DNA of 64,000 nt from the sequence record LT598654.1. One strand, 5' to 3'. The notes below the pieces were generated by a model. The model was not told the DNA's origin. It saw only the letters and a list, made by a program, of their open reading frames with translations, and did not search any database. The first letter of the stretch is position 1. The number at the start of each line of letters is the position of its first letter. The translations under genes and the position numbers were made by a program. Below are positions 8,102-17,207 of this stretch, one piece after another.

Positions 8102-10573
8102 CTACAACAATGTTTTAGAACCATCTAAGCTGTGCAGTTGCTTAACCGATTTAGGTTCACCGAACTTACGGTCACGAACCATTCGGATTTGAATAGTACC
8201 TTTCGGAACATCGATACCAATTACTTCCGCAGGTAAGAACACTGAACCTGATTTAATCGCGTACAGTGGAGCACCGAACGTAAGTGCTTTGGCATTGATA
8301 GACTCGTTAGATAGCTTAGCAAGTTCTTTTTCTTTCCGCGTTTTATCCGCAGGAGAAATTCCCTTACTTCGAATCTCTTCCACCAATCTCGCAATCTGTC
8401 CTTTGTTGCGCTCTCTGGTATCCAAGTTACGTTTAACTTCTAACAACTTCAAGCTACGTTCCTGCTGTTCTTTTGGAACAGTCTTCAAGGTCATAAAAAT
8501 AACAACACTGATCTTAGGAACTTCACCAGGCTTCTGACCAAGAACATCAACGCGACCTTTGATAGCCTTACCATAGATTCGTTGAATGCGAACAACAAAA
8601 TCTTTGGCTTCATTGATAAACTTCTTGTTTACCGTATCAGTGTTGAACACCAGATAGTAGAAACCTTTTGGCGATTTACGAACACGGTTACCCTTTAACT
8701 TTTTGGTATCGTGCGCAAAGATAGCTGTGAACTTCTTGTCGCGAATGATAGCTTCTTGGAGTTCTTCCATTGCAGCTTTTTCATTCCCAGGAAACACAGG
8801 TTCGTTAGGCTTCCAGTCGGTGTCATCGTAACGAGGTACTTCGATTGATTCATCGTAAACTACCAGCTTAGCAGGCTTGTAGTCTTTCTCCAACATGCGT
8901 CCCATAGTAGAGAACTTGTTGAATATAGCGCCTTTGATGTACGTAATCTTTTTACCATTAAGACGTTGAACAATATCGATAACGTCTTCGGTGTAGTAAC
9001 GAATAATCTTAGCAGTACTACCGATGTTCTTTTGGTTTTCCATGAAGCTGTTGAGGTTCTTTTTAACCTCTGCAACTGTCTCACCTTCAACTACAGCAAC
9101 CCGCTCCGGCTGATGTGCGCTAGGAACAAAGAAACCGAGTAAAGTAACAGAACGCTTTTTATTATTAGTGCGTACTGTCTTCTTTTGTATTTCTTTTTCA
9201 ATTTGTTCTTCGCCCTTCTTAACAGGTCGTCCAGGTGTAACGACTTGATTACTGGGCTTATCGATTTGTTTAATATCACCATTACCTCGCGTCAGCTTAA
9301 TTCCATCGCGCTTACCACCAAAACCTTTACACTGCTTAATAAGATTTTGTGCTTCGCGTTCACTAAGCTTCCATTCCTGACCAGGTAATTCGTCAGCAAG
9401 CGCAAGGTATACTGACTTAGCACGAGGGCTATAGCGAATACCAATAACAAGACCTGGTTCAACTTCTAAATCATAACTGCGGTTGTGCTTTTTAAAGTGT
9501 TTGCTTCGAGCACCATTGAATTTGTACCAAGCGTAGTTAAGCAAACTGAAATCTTTCTTAGCACTTTCACTTAACAGACTGGTTTGGTCTGCACTGATTT
9601 GCGAGGTACTTACAGATTCAGCAAAATCAATTGCTGCCTGTTTAGCCTGTTCGTCACCAGATACAATGAATGCACCATTGCCTTTAGGAATTGTTTCATA
9701 TCGGTCAACAGGAACAACTTTACCTTCACCTGGAGAAGGGAACTTGATAAAGACTTTGAACGTGTCTTCTGTTTCATCAACAGGTTTAACTTCAACGTCT
9801 TTGTATTCCATAATGTCAGAGTACCAGTCTTTGGTTTTCTGACAAGCATCTTCCATTGTGTTTGGTTTGAAGCCACAGCTTTCACGTTTTACTTCTGTGC
9901 CTTCACCGAAGCCGTTGATTGCTCTGTGCGACCAGCCGTACCACTTACCATCGAAACGACTTTTACCGATACTACATACCTTGTTATTGCCGCTAGCCAA
10001 CTCAGGCATAATTCCTTTTTCTTCACACAGGAACTTAGCAGTTTCGGCATCACCGATGTAGTCACCGTTAATGTTATACGCAGATACCAACTGAGTAGGG
10101 TTTTCTTTAGGGCTTCCCCAACCTAAAACACAATCCTCTTTTGCCAAATAGTAGCCGTATGCAGCAAGAGGAGAGGTATCTGTTTCGACAGTACGCTTGA
10201 ACATACCGCCTTTGTTTACGTAACCTTGTTCTTCAAGAGACTTAACGAAGCTATCAAATTCGTCTTCACTTGGATCACCGGTTGGGACATTAACAGGTGC
10301 TTCGGGTTTGCAGTTTTCATCTGTCTCGTCATCCCACTCAGACCAAAGACGGCTAGGTTCCCATACTTTAGGCTTGTGCGGAATACTTGTCTGCTGACCA
10401 ATAGGTTCTACGTCAAGTTTTTTAAACGTTTGGTCATTACGCTCAATAGATGATATTTGACTAACCGAACGGAAAGCACTGAGAGATTGGAAATCAAGTA
10501 GGTACAAGAATTGACCTGTACCTGACTCAGAACACAACCGACTATGTTTAGCCACTTGTAAAATAGGGAGCAT
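8102..10573 (-). CDS. Large multidomain basic protein, probable internal head protein
   Basis: Probable start MLPILQ (10573, AAGGA RBS). Contains a YAWYKF.G...L..CK.F.GK domain shared with ORFs 44941 and 57660, and several S-x-S-A/G motifs between domains. Confidence 0.7.
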   Translation of the reverse strand: MLPILQVAKHSRLCSESGTGQFLYLLDFQSLSAFRSVSQISSIERNDQTFKKLDVEPIGQQTSIPHKPKVWEPSRLWSEWDDETDENCKPEAPVNVPTGDPSEDEFDSFVKSLEEQGYVNKGGMFKRTVETDTSPLAAYGYYLAKEDCVLGWGSPKENPTQLVSAYNINGDYIGDAETAKFLCEEKGIMPELASGNNKVCSIGKSRFDGKWYGWSHRAINGFGEGTEVKRESCGFKPNTMEDACQKTKDWYSDIMEYKDVEVKPVDETEDTFKVFIKFPSPGEGKVVPVDRYETIPKGNGAFIVSGDEQAKQAAIDFAESVSTSQISADQTSLLSESAKKDFSLLNYAWYKFNGARSKHFKKHNRSYDLEVEPGLVIGIRYSPRAKSVYLALADELPGQEWKLSEREAQNLIKQCKGFGGKRDGIKLTRGNGDIKQIDKPSNQVVTPGRPVKKGEEQIEKEIQKKTVRTNNKKRSVTLLGFFVPSAHQPERVAVVEGETVAEVKKNLNSFMENQKNIGSTAKIIRYYTEDVIDIVQRLNGKKITYIKGAIFNKFSTMGRMLEKDYKPAKLVVYDESIEVPRYDDTDWKPNEPVFPGNEKAAMEELQEAIIRDKKFTAIFAHDTKKLKGNRVRKSPKGFYYLVFNTDTVNKKFINEAKDFVVRIQRIYGKAIKGRVDVLGQKPGEVPKISVVIFMTLKTVPKEQQERSLKLLEVKRNLDTRERNKGQIARLVEEIRSKGISPADKTRKEKELAKLSNESINAKALTFGAPLYAIKSGSVFLPAEVIGIDVPKGTIQIRMVRDRKFGEPKSVKQLHSLDGSKTLL

Positions 10574-10583
10574 AATTCGTCCT

Positions 10584-11258
10584 TTATTCTGTAGGAGTTG
10601 GAGGATTACCTTCATAAGCGGGCCAGTTAGCCCACGTTAAAGATTCTAATTCGGCAACAGTAGTACACGCAGATATTCGTGCCTTAGTTGCTCGACGTTC
10701 GCCTTCTAATTGACCAAAGAAAGTAGCAAGTGATACCTGGCTATCTGTCCAGTTGGCTATAATGGCTAACGCTAAATAATAGTAAGGGTCGCCTGTTACA
10801 TCGGCTTCACTTTTTAAAATATTGGGACACGGTACTTGTTCGTGTGTTGGTAAATCAGTTGTTGAATTCAAAGCCTGCCATTCTTCGACAGCAGTTTTAT
10901 ACTCCACCGCCGCAGCAAACTTTAATTCATAAACAGTTTTCTGAGTCAGAGGTGTAGTCTGACTTATTGTATGTAGAGCAAGCGCCTTCCTTTGAATGAT
11001 GTTGCATTCTTCCATGAGTGTAATTATCCAGGCATCGATTGTCGCAGCGACTCTGAATTCTTCAAGCTTACTGCTAGCCCATCTTGTACTATCGGAAGGA
11101 TTCTCCCATTGAAGACAATTGAACTCTGTTTGTGTTGGTAGTTTTACACACCGAACACGAATAGATGGATCTTGAATAGCAATAACCTCGACAAGAGACA
11201 GCACCCTTCTGTTTAAAGGGCTATCCCTTAGCTCGGCTGCAACGTCGTATGTGCTCAT
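10584..11258 (-). CDS. Tail-fibre assembly chaperone-like protein
   Basis: Probable start MSTYDV (11258; ATGA overlap). C-terminal YELK..AA...EADVTG...LA.AI...E.ERRATKARISACTT..EL resembles phage fibre-assembly proteins. Confidence 0.55.
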   Translation of the reverse strand: MSTYDVAAELRDSPLNRRVLSLVEVIAIQDPSIRVRCVKLPTQTEFNCLQWENPSDSTRWASSKLEEFRVAATIDAWIITLMEECNIIQRKALALHTISQTTPLTQKTVYELKFAAAVEYKTAVEEWQALNSTTDLPTHEQVPCPNILKSEADVTGDPYYYLALAIIANWTDSQVSLATFFGQLEGERRATKARISACTTVAELESLTWANWPAYEGNPPTPTE

Positions 11259-11794
11259 AGAATATCCTGATTGGTAATAGGTCGGATGCGTTTTAAAGAT
11301 ATAGAAACAGAACCGCCTACCAGATATAAGCTTACCCTTGTATTTGCATGTTGTAGCAATAGAGTAAGCCAACTCGGTTCGGTTAATCGTATTGTAGTAC
11401 TCATGGTATTCGTTGTTTCATTGGAATCACCGCTGGTTCTAACAATAGATGACGAAACAGTTTTTTGAATAACAGACCCTGTTGTGTCGGACGCAGTACC
11501 TTGAAGAATTCCACTAGACAATCTGGTGAAACGTGTTGACCAACCGGAGTTTGAAGTAGCCTCTGCTGTAACTGAATAGTTAAGCTCGTAAACTCCAGTC
11601 AGTTGCGTCCAAATCTTATAAGCATCCTGGTCTGGATCATAAAAGAAAACATCAGTATCAAGGTTTTCGATTAGGTCTAAACTTGCTGCCCAATATACAG
11701 GTATACTGTAGTTCGGTGAAATTGATAAATCATAAGGACAAACTGCTTCAAACAGAGCGTCCTTGTATTCGATCATCTTCCCATATACGTTCAT
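11255..11794 (-). CDS. C1q/TNF-like beta-sandwich protein (possible fibre tip)
   Basis: Probable start MNVYGK (GAGG RBS). FFYD...TGVYELNYSVT and the beta-rich C-terminus resemble C1q/BclA-type domains. Confidence 0.45.
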   Translation of the reverse strand: MNVYGKMIEYKDALFEAVCPYDLSISPNYSIPVYWAASLDLIENLDTDVFFYDPDQDAYKIWTQLTGVYELNYSVTAEATSNSGWSTRFTRLSSGILQGTASDTTGSVIQKTVSSSIVRTSGDSNETTNTMSTTIRLTEPSWLTLLLQHANTRVSLYLVGGSVSISLKRIRPITNQDIL

Positions 11795-12281
11795 CTTCTT
11801 CCTCTTTCTTCTTTGGTTCGAACAGCGCACGAGGACTATGTTCGTTTATATAGCTAAGTCTGCTAAACAGCATTGTAAAGCGCAAACCCTTTAAGTCAGA
11901 TGCAGGAATTTTCATTCCAACATAGTACGACTCAGTGTTCCACTTCATCTTACAGCATTCTTGTACCTTACCTTGTTTACTGACATTAAAAACGTGTTCT
12001 TGGCAAATCCACTTTTTGGTTTGCTCGTCACGATAAACGAAATAACCGATATACGTATCGAGACCTGTAACCTTTCCGTATTCAGTTGCGTACTCAGTCG
12101 GGTTAGTAGCAGGAAACTTAGCTACTAACTTACCTTTAGGAATAACGGGCAACTTAAACAGACGTAAAGGCAAGTCCCTTACATTGTAATATGTCTCAGC
12201 AAGTTCCTCGATGATTGCATCTTTCAATACCATCTTTTTAGGAGACAAGCTCAAACTGGATAGGTTCAGGTCTGCTAACAT
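11748..12281 (-). CDS. Hypothetical protein
   Basis: 177 aa; start abuts the tmk stop. Confidence 0.7.
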   Translation of the reverse strand: MLADLNLSSLSLSPKKMVLKDAIIEELAETYYNVRDLPLRLFKLPVIPKGKLVAKFPATNPTEYATEYGKVTGLDTYIGYFVYRDEQTKKWICQEHVFNVSKQGKVQECCKMKWNTESYYVGMKIPASDLKGLRFTMLFSRLSYINEHSPRALFEPKKKEEEDERIWEDDRIQGRSV

Positions 12282-12944
12282 TTATGCAACTCTCTTATTA
12301 ATAAATTCAACGACTCTTTCAAGAACCTGTTCCTGAGTTAGGTCTGACGTATCAACAACGCAGGTTGTTTCTTGGGTAGTGAATCCCATATCCGTAAAGT
12401 CGTCTAATGCCTTACGGTATGCGTTACGCAAAGCATTAAGATTACTGTACTTGGCTTCTATCTGGTCACCTTCACCATCTAAGAAGCTGCGGTCACCTAC
12501 TGCAATCGCTTTTCTTTCAGCAGCAACTTTAGGGTCAACATCAAGCAGTATATAATTGCACTCGATACCTTGTTCTTTAAACATTGCACCGAACGTATGC
12601 TCACGACACATGAGGAACAGGTCTTTGAGATTTATATTATTGTACAGAACCTGGTAGGCATAAGTACTTAGATCAAATCTGTCGGTAAGAACGATATTAC
12701 CTTTGTACAAGTAAGGTACGATAACACGCTCAACGTTCTCTACTCTGGATGCAAACATGCCGAACAAGTAGGTTAGATTGTTCAAACCTTCTGTGCCTTT
12801 CAACAAGCTGCGAATATCCATACCGAAAGGAGTACCGCCTGGCTCATTTGTGGTAATCGAGTTTTCGTAGGTCTTTGCTAAACTCATTAGTAGGCTAGAC
12901 TTACCTGTGTACTCACTACCTTCAATTATAAACAACTGCTTCAT
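12282..12944 (-). CDS. tmk: Thymidylate (dTMP) kinase
   Basis: IIEGSEYTGKSS P-loop, EPGGTPFG.DIR.LL, FASR, and LTDRF.LSTYAYQ. Confidence 0.93.
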   Translation of the reverse strand: MKQLFIIEGSEYTGKSSLLMSLAKTYENSITTNEPGGTPFGMDIRSLLKGTEGLNNLTYLFGMFASRVENVERVIVPYLYKGNIVLTDRFDLSTYAYQVLYNNINLKDLFLMCREHTFGAMFKEQGIECNYILLDVDPKVAAERKAIAVGDRSFLDGEGDQIEAKYSNLNALRNAYRKALDDFTDMGFTTQETTCVVDTSDLTQEQVLERVVEFINKRVA

Positions 12945-12964
12945 TGTGTTTCCCTATTAGTTAA

Positions 12965-13600
12965 TTATTCAAACCAAGCTAAGTCGGCTGATATTGTTCT
13001 GGCTTTGCCATATTGTTTTGTATCAGGGTTAAGAATCTTAACCTTGATCTTTTTACCGGAGTAGTCAACGGCGATAAGTCTACCACGATGTTCTTTGTTT
13101 GGCCCAATTAAAATGTCTTTGTTGAAGTTGGATTGGGCTGCTTTTGTTTTCTTTGCATTGAAGAATATTGATTTTAGTCCTTCTGCGCGTTTTAAATGAT
13201 CGGCACACCATTTACGCGCATCTTCGGACTGAGCATCAGAAATTCGATACAGGTCAGTATTAATAAAGAACGCTCTGATTGCAGGTTCTTTATCAGCAAA
13301 CACAAAAGACTGAGGTTCCATATTAGGAGCAGTTCTGCTTACCAGGTATCTGTCATGTGCTAACCGATTAATCGTAGTAACCGAGTTAGACATTTTGCTT
13401 TTCCAGATACACCGATACAAACGGGATTCATCATCATGCACCCAACTGAGCGTGACGTTACCTGAATTGTGAACTTCTTGAGGGATTACACCGCCATTCT
13501 TTTGTGCAAGTTTGCGTTTGTGGTTTATCACATAGCCACTCTTTTCCGACTCACTGACAAAACTTTGGTCGGGTATAATGCTTAACAGTTTAACTTGCAT
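12965..13600 (-). CDS. Hypothetical (probable virion) protein
   Basis: 211 aa; FVSESE motif near the N-terminus; SH3-like beta-rich C-terminus resembling the end of the 8102 protein. Confidence 0.7.
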   Translation of the reverse strand: MQVKLLSIIPDQSFVSESEKSGYVINHKRKLAQKNGGVIPQEVHNSGNVTLSWVHDDESRLYRCIWKSKMSNSVTTINRLAHDRYLVSRTAPNMEPQSFVFADKEPAIRAFFINTDLYRISDAQSEDARKWCADHLKRAEGLKSIFFNAKKTKAAQSNFNKDILIGPNKEHRGRLIAVDYSGKKIKVKILNPDTKQYGKARTISADLAWFE

Positions 13601-13633
13601 TACGATTCCTTTAATTTTATTTCTATTAAATTA

Positions 13634-13984
13634 CTACCATAGAATTTTTAGCGACCAGTACGCTGCTTGAAACTTGTCTTTGTACGCAGGTTTACCGTCT
13701 TTCTTCAAGATAGCCATATGGCGTTTTCGATAACGTGCTCTGCGTTCTTTATCTTTATGCGTTGTAAAGTCTTCATAGTCTTTGTGACCAAACTTAACAA
13801 GCTTAAAGCGGTTGCCCTTCTTTGCAAGAACAACCTTTTTATGTCGAGTCTTTCCTGGGTTATCAATAGGTTTATCGAATCCCGGGAATGTCATTCCTCG
13901 ATAGACTAGCTTCTTTCCTTTACGTTCCAGCTTTTCTACGCTTTGACCTTCTTGGTCTGCGCTTAGGCTTATCCAAAGTTGCAT
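13634..13984 (-). CDS. DUF5754-like basic protein
   Basis: Probable start MQLWISLSA (GAGG RBS). KKVV...VKFGHKDYEDFTTHKDKERRARYRKRH...AAYWSLKILW matches my recollection of the DUF5754 consensus. Confidence 0.65.
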   Translation of the reverse strand: MQLWISLSADQEGQSVEKLERKGKKLVYRGMTFPGFDKPIDNPGKTRHKKVVLAKKGNRFKLVKFGHKDYEDFTTHKDKERRARYRKRHMAILKKDGKPAYKDKFQAAYWSLKILW

Positions 13985-14720
13985 CGAGTTTTTCCTCGTT
14001 AACATTCGTTTGTTTGGTACGTAATTGCTGAATAGCTCTTTGCACACTAGGTTCCCTTAGCTTTTGTTTGAAACTACTATTTGGAAACCGTTTAAGATAT
14101 TCTTTCTGTTCAATAGTGTCTAACTTGTACAGGAAAGATAGTTCATCTATAGGTGCATCGAATTTATATTTTTCTGATAGCTGAGTAATGCCTTTATGTG
14201 GATTGAGGTTTGCAGCACAAAGACCTCCACGCCAAGCAAGTTTTGTTATCAACCATCTTCTAAGTTTACCTTCTACTTTAGAACGTCGTGCAGGAACGAC
14301 ATTGGTTAGCCAAACGGGCAACGTCTTTGTGCCTTCATCTAACCTAACTACTTCTGCATTGTAGTCCGAAGTATCAAGGATAAACAGTCCTGCTTTGTGT
14401 TCTTTACACAGGTCTTTAATGAACTGACCTTTGTCTGACTCGTACAGCCATTTAGGAATACAGAAATAAAACTTATTGCAAAAAGGTAGATACTTCTGCC
14501 ACTTACTATCAGTTGCGAAATCTTGCCAACAGCTTTTAACCTCGACAATGATAATCTCACCTTTCATATTGAAAGCAACTACGTCGGCGCGTAAATTACC
14601 TCCAGATTTAAGCCCTACTTCTTCATATACGCTGTAACCCTTACCGCAGTAATAACGAATGCAGGCTTCTGTAGACTTGTTTGTTATTGTTGCTCTACTA
14701 AAACTCTTATAGGCTTTCAT
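13920..14720 (-). CDS. mmcB: MmcB-like PD-(D/E)xK endonuclease
   Basis: LRADVVAF..KGEIIIVEVKSCWQDFATDSKWQKYLPFCNKFYF matches the MmcB pattern. Confidence 0.8.
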   Translation of the reverse strand: MKAYKSFSRATITNKSTEACIRYYCGKGYSVYEEVGLKSGGNLRADVVAFNMKGEIIIVEVKSCWQDFATDSKWQKYLPFCNKFYFCIPKWLYESDKGQFIKDLCKEHKAGLFILDTSDYNAEVVRLDEGTKTLPVWLTNVVPARRSKVEGKLRRWLITKLAWRGGLCAANLNPHKGITQLSEKYKFDAPIDELSFLYKLDTIEQKEYLKRFPNSSFKQKLREPSVQRAIQQLRTKQTNVNEEKLDATLDKPKRRPRRSKRRKAGT

Positions 14721-14726
14721 ACAAGT

Positions 14727-15914
14727 TTAGAAAATAAAATCCACTCCAAGACTAATAATCTTAATATCTCCGATGTGTGATCTCTTATCTTCTCCCCAAA
14801 CAAAGTCTGCTTTGAAATCAACACGAGGCGCAAAGTCATAACGCCAAGTAATTCCTTTGAAATCAAATTGTCTCTGTCCGAACAACGTAATGGCATATTC
14901 GCCAATAGCTAGGAGGTTAGAGTCATCAACATCAGCTAACTGTTTAAAATTATTGAAATCTTGAAAATATCGCTCAGCGTGTATCGTCACAGTATGCGAT
15001 TCATAAAGTCTATATGATGCAGCCACGTACCAAGTTTTGTTGAAGCTATCTATGCTATCGGTTAATCCATAACTGGCATATTCGGAAGCTAGTGTTAGGT
15101 CTTGGTTAATCTCGTATCTAAAACCTGTATACCAATACTGTGCCTTATCGTCAATGCTTAGTGCATCGTATAGGGCACTAACCTGATCAGGCTGTGCGCC
15201 AACTAAATCTACTTGGGGTTTTATCAGACCCGCTAGGGTGTTGTTTAATTCACCTACATCAGCATCCGATTCCCAGTAACCTCCGAAAAGAGTAAATCCG
15301 CAATCGGTACATTCAAGTTCAAAGCTAAACGACTTTATATTTGAAAGTTCCGATTCTACGTAGGTGTTGTTTATACTCTCGTACAGGTCGCCTTTCCAAG
15401 AACCATATATCCAATCGGTGCGAAGAAATAAACCGTCGGTGATAAAATGCTTGGTACTAAAATCTATGCCCTCAATAACATCGAACTCATGACCTATGTA
15501 TACCGAGATAGGAAGCCTAGCAAAATTGTGTGCGTAACCTACATGCTCATACCTAGAGTAATAAAAAATAGGCATAGCAAGGCGCCCAGCGCTTACCGAG
15601 AAGTTTTGGTTTATATCATAGTTCAGATAAGCCCACTCGGTTTTTAATTCAAAGTCCTGCTTGGCATCCGCAGTAACCTGAACAATAGCTGTTAGGTCAT
15701 CTGTAAGTGCTAGATTTGCCTGTACGCCAAAGAAAGATTCATCAAATGATATTTCGTCACTTTCTGAATAGAGACCAAGTAGCTGAGGGTTTGCTTTTTC
15801 TGAATGGAGTGTCCCTACTCTAACTGAACCATACCCACTTACAGTCAAGTTATCTACTACTTGACCTGCAAATGATAACTGAGGAAGTAAGGTTAGCAGT
15901 AATAAGTTTTTCAT
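14727..15914 (-). CDS. Outer-membrane beta-barrel (porin-like) protein
   Basis: Sec signal (MKNLLLLTLLPQLSFA); SGYGS, FGVQ, EWAYLNY and GRLAMP motifs; alternating beta pattern; C-terminal BAM-type signal SLGVDFIF. Confidence 0.85.
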   Translation of the reverse strand: MKNLLLLTLLPQLSFAGQVVDNLTVSGYGSVRVGTLHSEKANPQLLGLYSESDEISFDESFFGVQANLALTDDLTAIVQVTADAKQDFELKTEWAYLNYDINQNFSVSAGRLAMPIFYYSRYEHVGYAHNFARLPISVYIGHEFDVIEGIDFSTKHFITDGLFLRTDWIYGSWKGDLYESINNTYVESELSNIKSFSFELECTDCGFTLFGGYWESDADVGELNNTLAGLIKPQVDLVGAQPDQVSALYDALSIDDKAQYWYTGFRYEINQDLTLASEYASYGLTDSIDSFNKTWYVAASYRLYESHTVTIHAERYFQDFNNFKQLADVDDSNLLAIGEYAITLFGQRQFDFKGITWRYDFAPRVDFKADFVWGEDKRSHIGDIKIISLGVDFIF

Positions 15915-16366
15915 AAATCTATCTGCCCTGATTTGATAACCAAAACAATTCGCACATCGTTGGTAACATACTTCATAGGGACATAACCTATTGCAGTTTC
16001 GTTACTAACGACATAATCAACTACTCTGTTAGGATTATCGGTATAGATAGGAGGCTTGACTTTACCGGTGAAGACTAGCTTAGACCAAGTAGAGCCGTAA
16101 CCTTGTGTGTTAGTATCTAAGTAAGAAGCAACGTCCTCTGTCACTCCTAAGTCAGATAACATAACAACACGAATGGAAGATTTGTCTATCGGGTATCGAG
16201 TTAATCGACCCATTAAAATGTTAGTAACATCCTTCCTGCTTAACGATTCAAAGTTATATTGATTAACTATGATTGCAATGTCTTCGGAGGAATTCGGTGA
16301 AGGTTGCGCACTTGGTTGAATAGCAACAAGTGACGCAATCAAAAGCAGGTGTTTCCATTTAAACAT
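15911..16366 (-). CDS. Small periplasmic binding protein ('phosphate ABC substrate-binding'-like, single-lobe type)
   Basis: Signal peptide; IAIIVN...LSRKDVTNILMGR...WSKLVFTGK..PP...VVDYV.SNETAIGYV; 4-bp overlap with the porin gene. Confidence 0.8.
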   Translation of the reverse strand: MFKWKHLLLIASLVAIQPSAQPSPNSSEDIAIIVNQYNFESLSRKDVTNILMGRLTRYPIDKSSIRVVMLSDLGVTEDVASYLDTNTQGYGSTWSKLVFTGKVKPPIYTDNPNRVVDYVVSNETAIGYVPMKYVTNDVRIVLVIKSGQIDL

Positions 16367-16376
16367 GTTTAACCCT

Positions 16377-16826
16377 CTACGGATTAAGAGGCTTTACGTG
16401 TTCACCTGAAACTTCAATCTTCATACCAACTAATGCCTTCATATTCAGAAATGTTTTAATATCGGAATCTGTAGGTTGATACTTAACGCTAGTATGTAGA
16501 TTGAACTCAGGGTGGTAAGAATGCTTCAAGCCGAAACTTTTTGATATAGCCCAATGTCTTCGTACAAGCGCAGGACACTTTAACTTAAACACCAGTGCTT
16601 TCCATTTACCTGTGCCCATAACATCCAGACCTGTAACCTCGCAAGTGTATTTGCGATCAGGTCGTGCTTCAATTCGATGAACCTCATTTTGCTCTGGCGC
16701 GTACATGAGAGTTATGTGCATATCAGGAATTAGGTCTTTAATCATGGCATCTGTAAACACCTTTCGAATCTTTAAAATGTCGAGAGGGTTAACATTAAGT
16801 GCCATGTAGGTTCCAATTTCTTTCAT
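16377..16826 (-). CDS. acb1: 2H phosphodiesterase, Acb1/T4 gp57B-like anti-CBASS nuclease
   Basis: Two HxT/S motifs (HITLMY, HTSVKY); GTYMAL, ALVFKL...RRH and E..KPL are collinear with T4 57B; similar length. Confidence 0.75.
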   Translation of the reverse strand: MKEIGTYMALNVNPLDILKIRKVFTDAMIKDLIPDMHITLMYAPEQNEVHRIEARPDRKYTCEVTGLDVMGTGKWKALVFKLKCPALVRRHWAISKSFGLKHSYHPEFNLHTSVKYQPTDSDIKTFLNMKALVGMKIEVSGEHVKPLNP

Positions 16827-16835
16827 ATCCTATCC

Positions 16836-17207
16836 TCAGGCAAGAGTGCTTATAGGAGCAGCGTGAACCACAGTGCTTGTGACATTTTTTCCATTACTAC
16901 CTTTATAGATAACTGAATCACCTAACAAGGCGCTCGATACGCGACGGTCAACAAGGCTATCGAAAACAATGTTAGTTCCGTTGTCATCAAGTATTACCAT
17001 ATGCGTAGGCTTACCGTCAGACAGTTTACTAACCAAAGCAAATTGCATATTAGGCATACGCAAGTAGTTTTGTTTTGCGAAGTGCAAAGCCTTTGAGTAA
17101 CAGGAAGATACCAGTTTCTCTTTTCCAATAACCGCGTTGTGCAGTTGTTCAAGTCTTTCATCCAAAGACTTGGTTAGTGATATTGATATTAACATAGAGG
17201 CAAGCAT
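16836..17207 (-). CDS. Hypothetical protein (possible minimal papain-like fold)
   Basis: 123 aa; ISISL near the N-terminus; C(YSKA)...H(MV)...D order. Confidence 0.6.
   Translation of the reverse strand: MLASMLISISLTKSLDERLEQLHNAVIGKEKLVSSCYSKALHFAKQNYLRMPNMQFALVSKLSDGKPTHMVILDDNGTNIVFDSLVDRRVSSALLGDSVIYKGSNGKNVTSTVVHAAPISTLA

Noticed and set aside
14727-16366. Host chromosomal DNA or prophage boundary at the porin/PBP or HDOD genes
   Set aside because: The genes are co-oriented and tightly coupled to phage genes on both sides, with no housekeeping genes, att sites or integrase. Misassembly cannot be excluded without reads.
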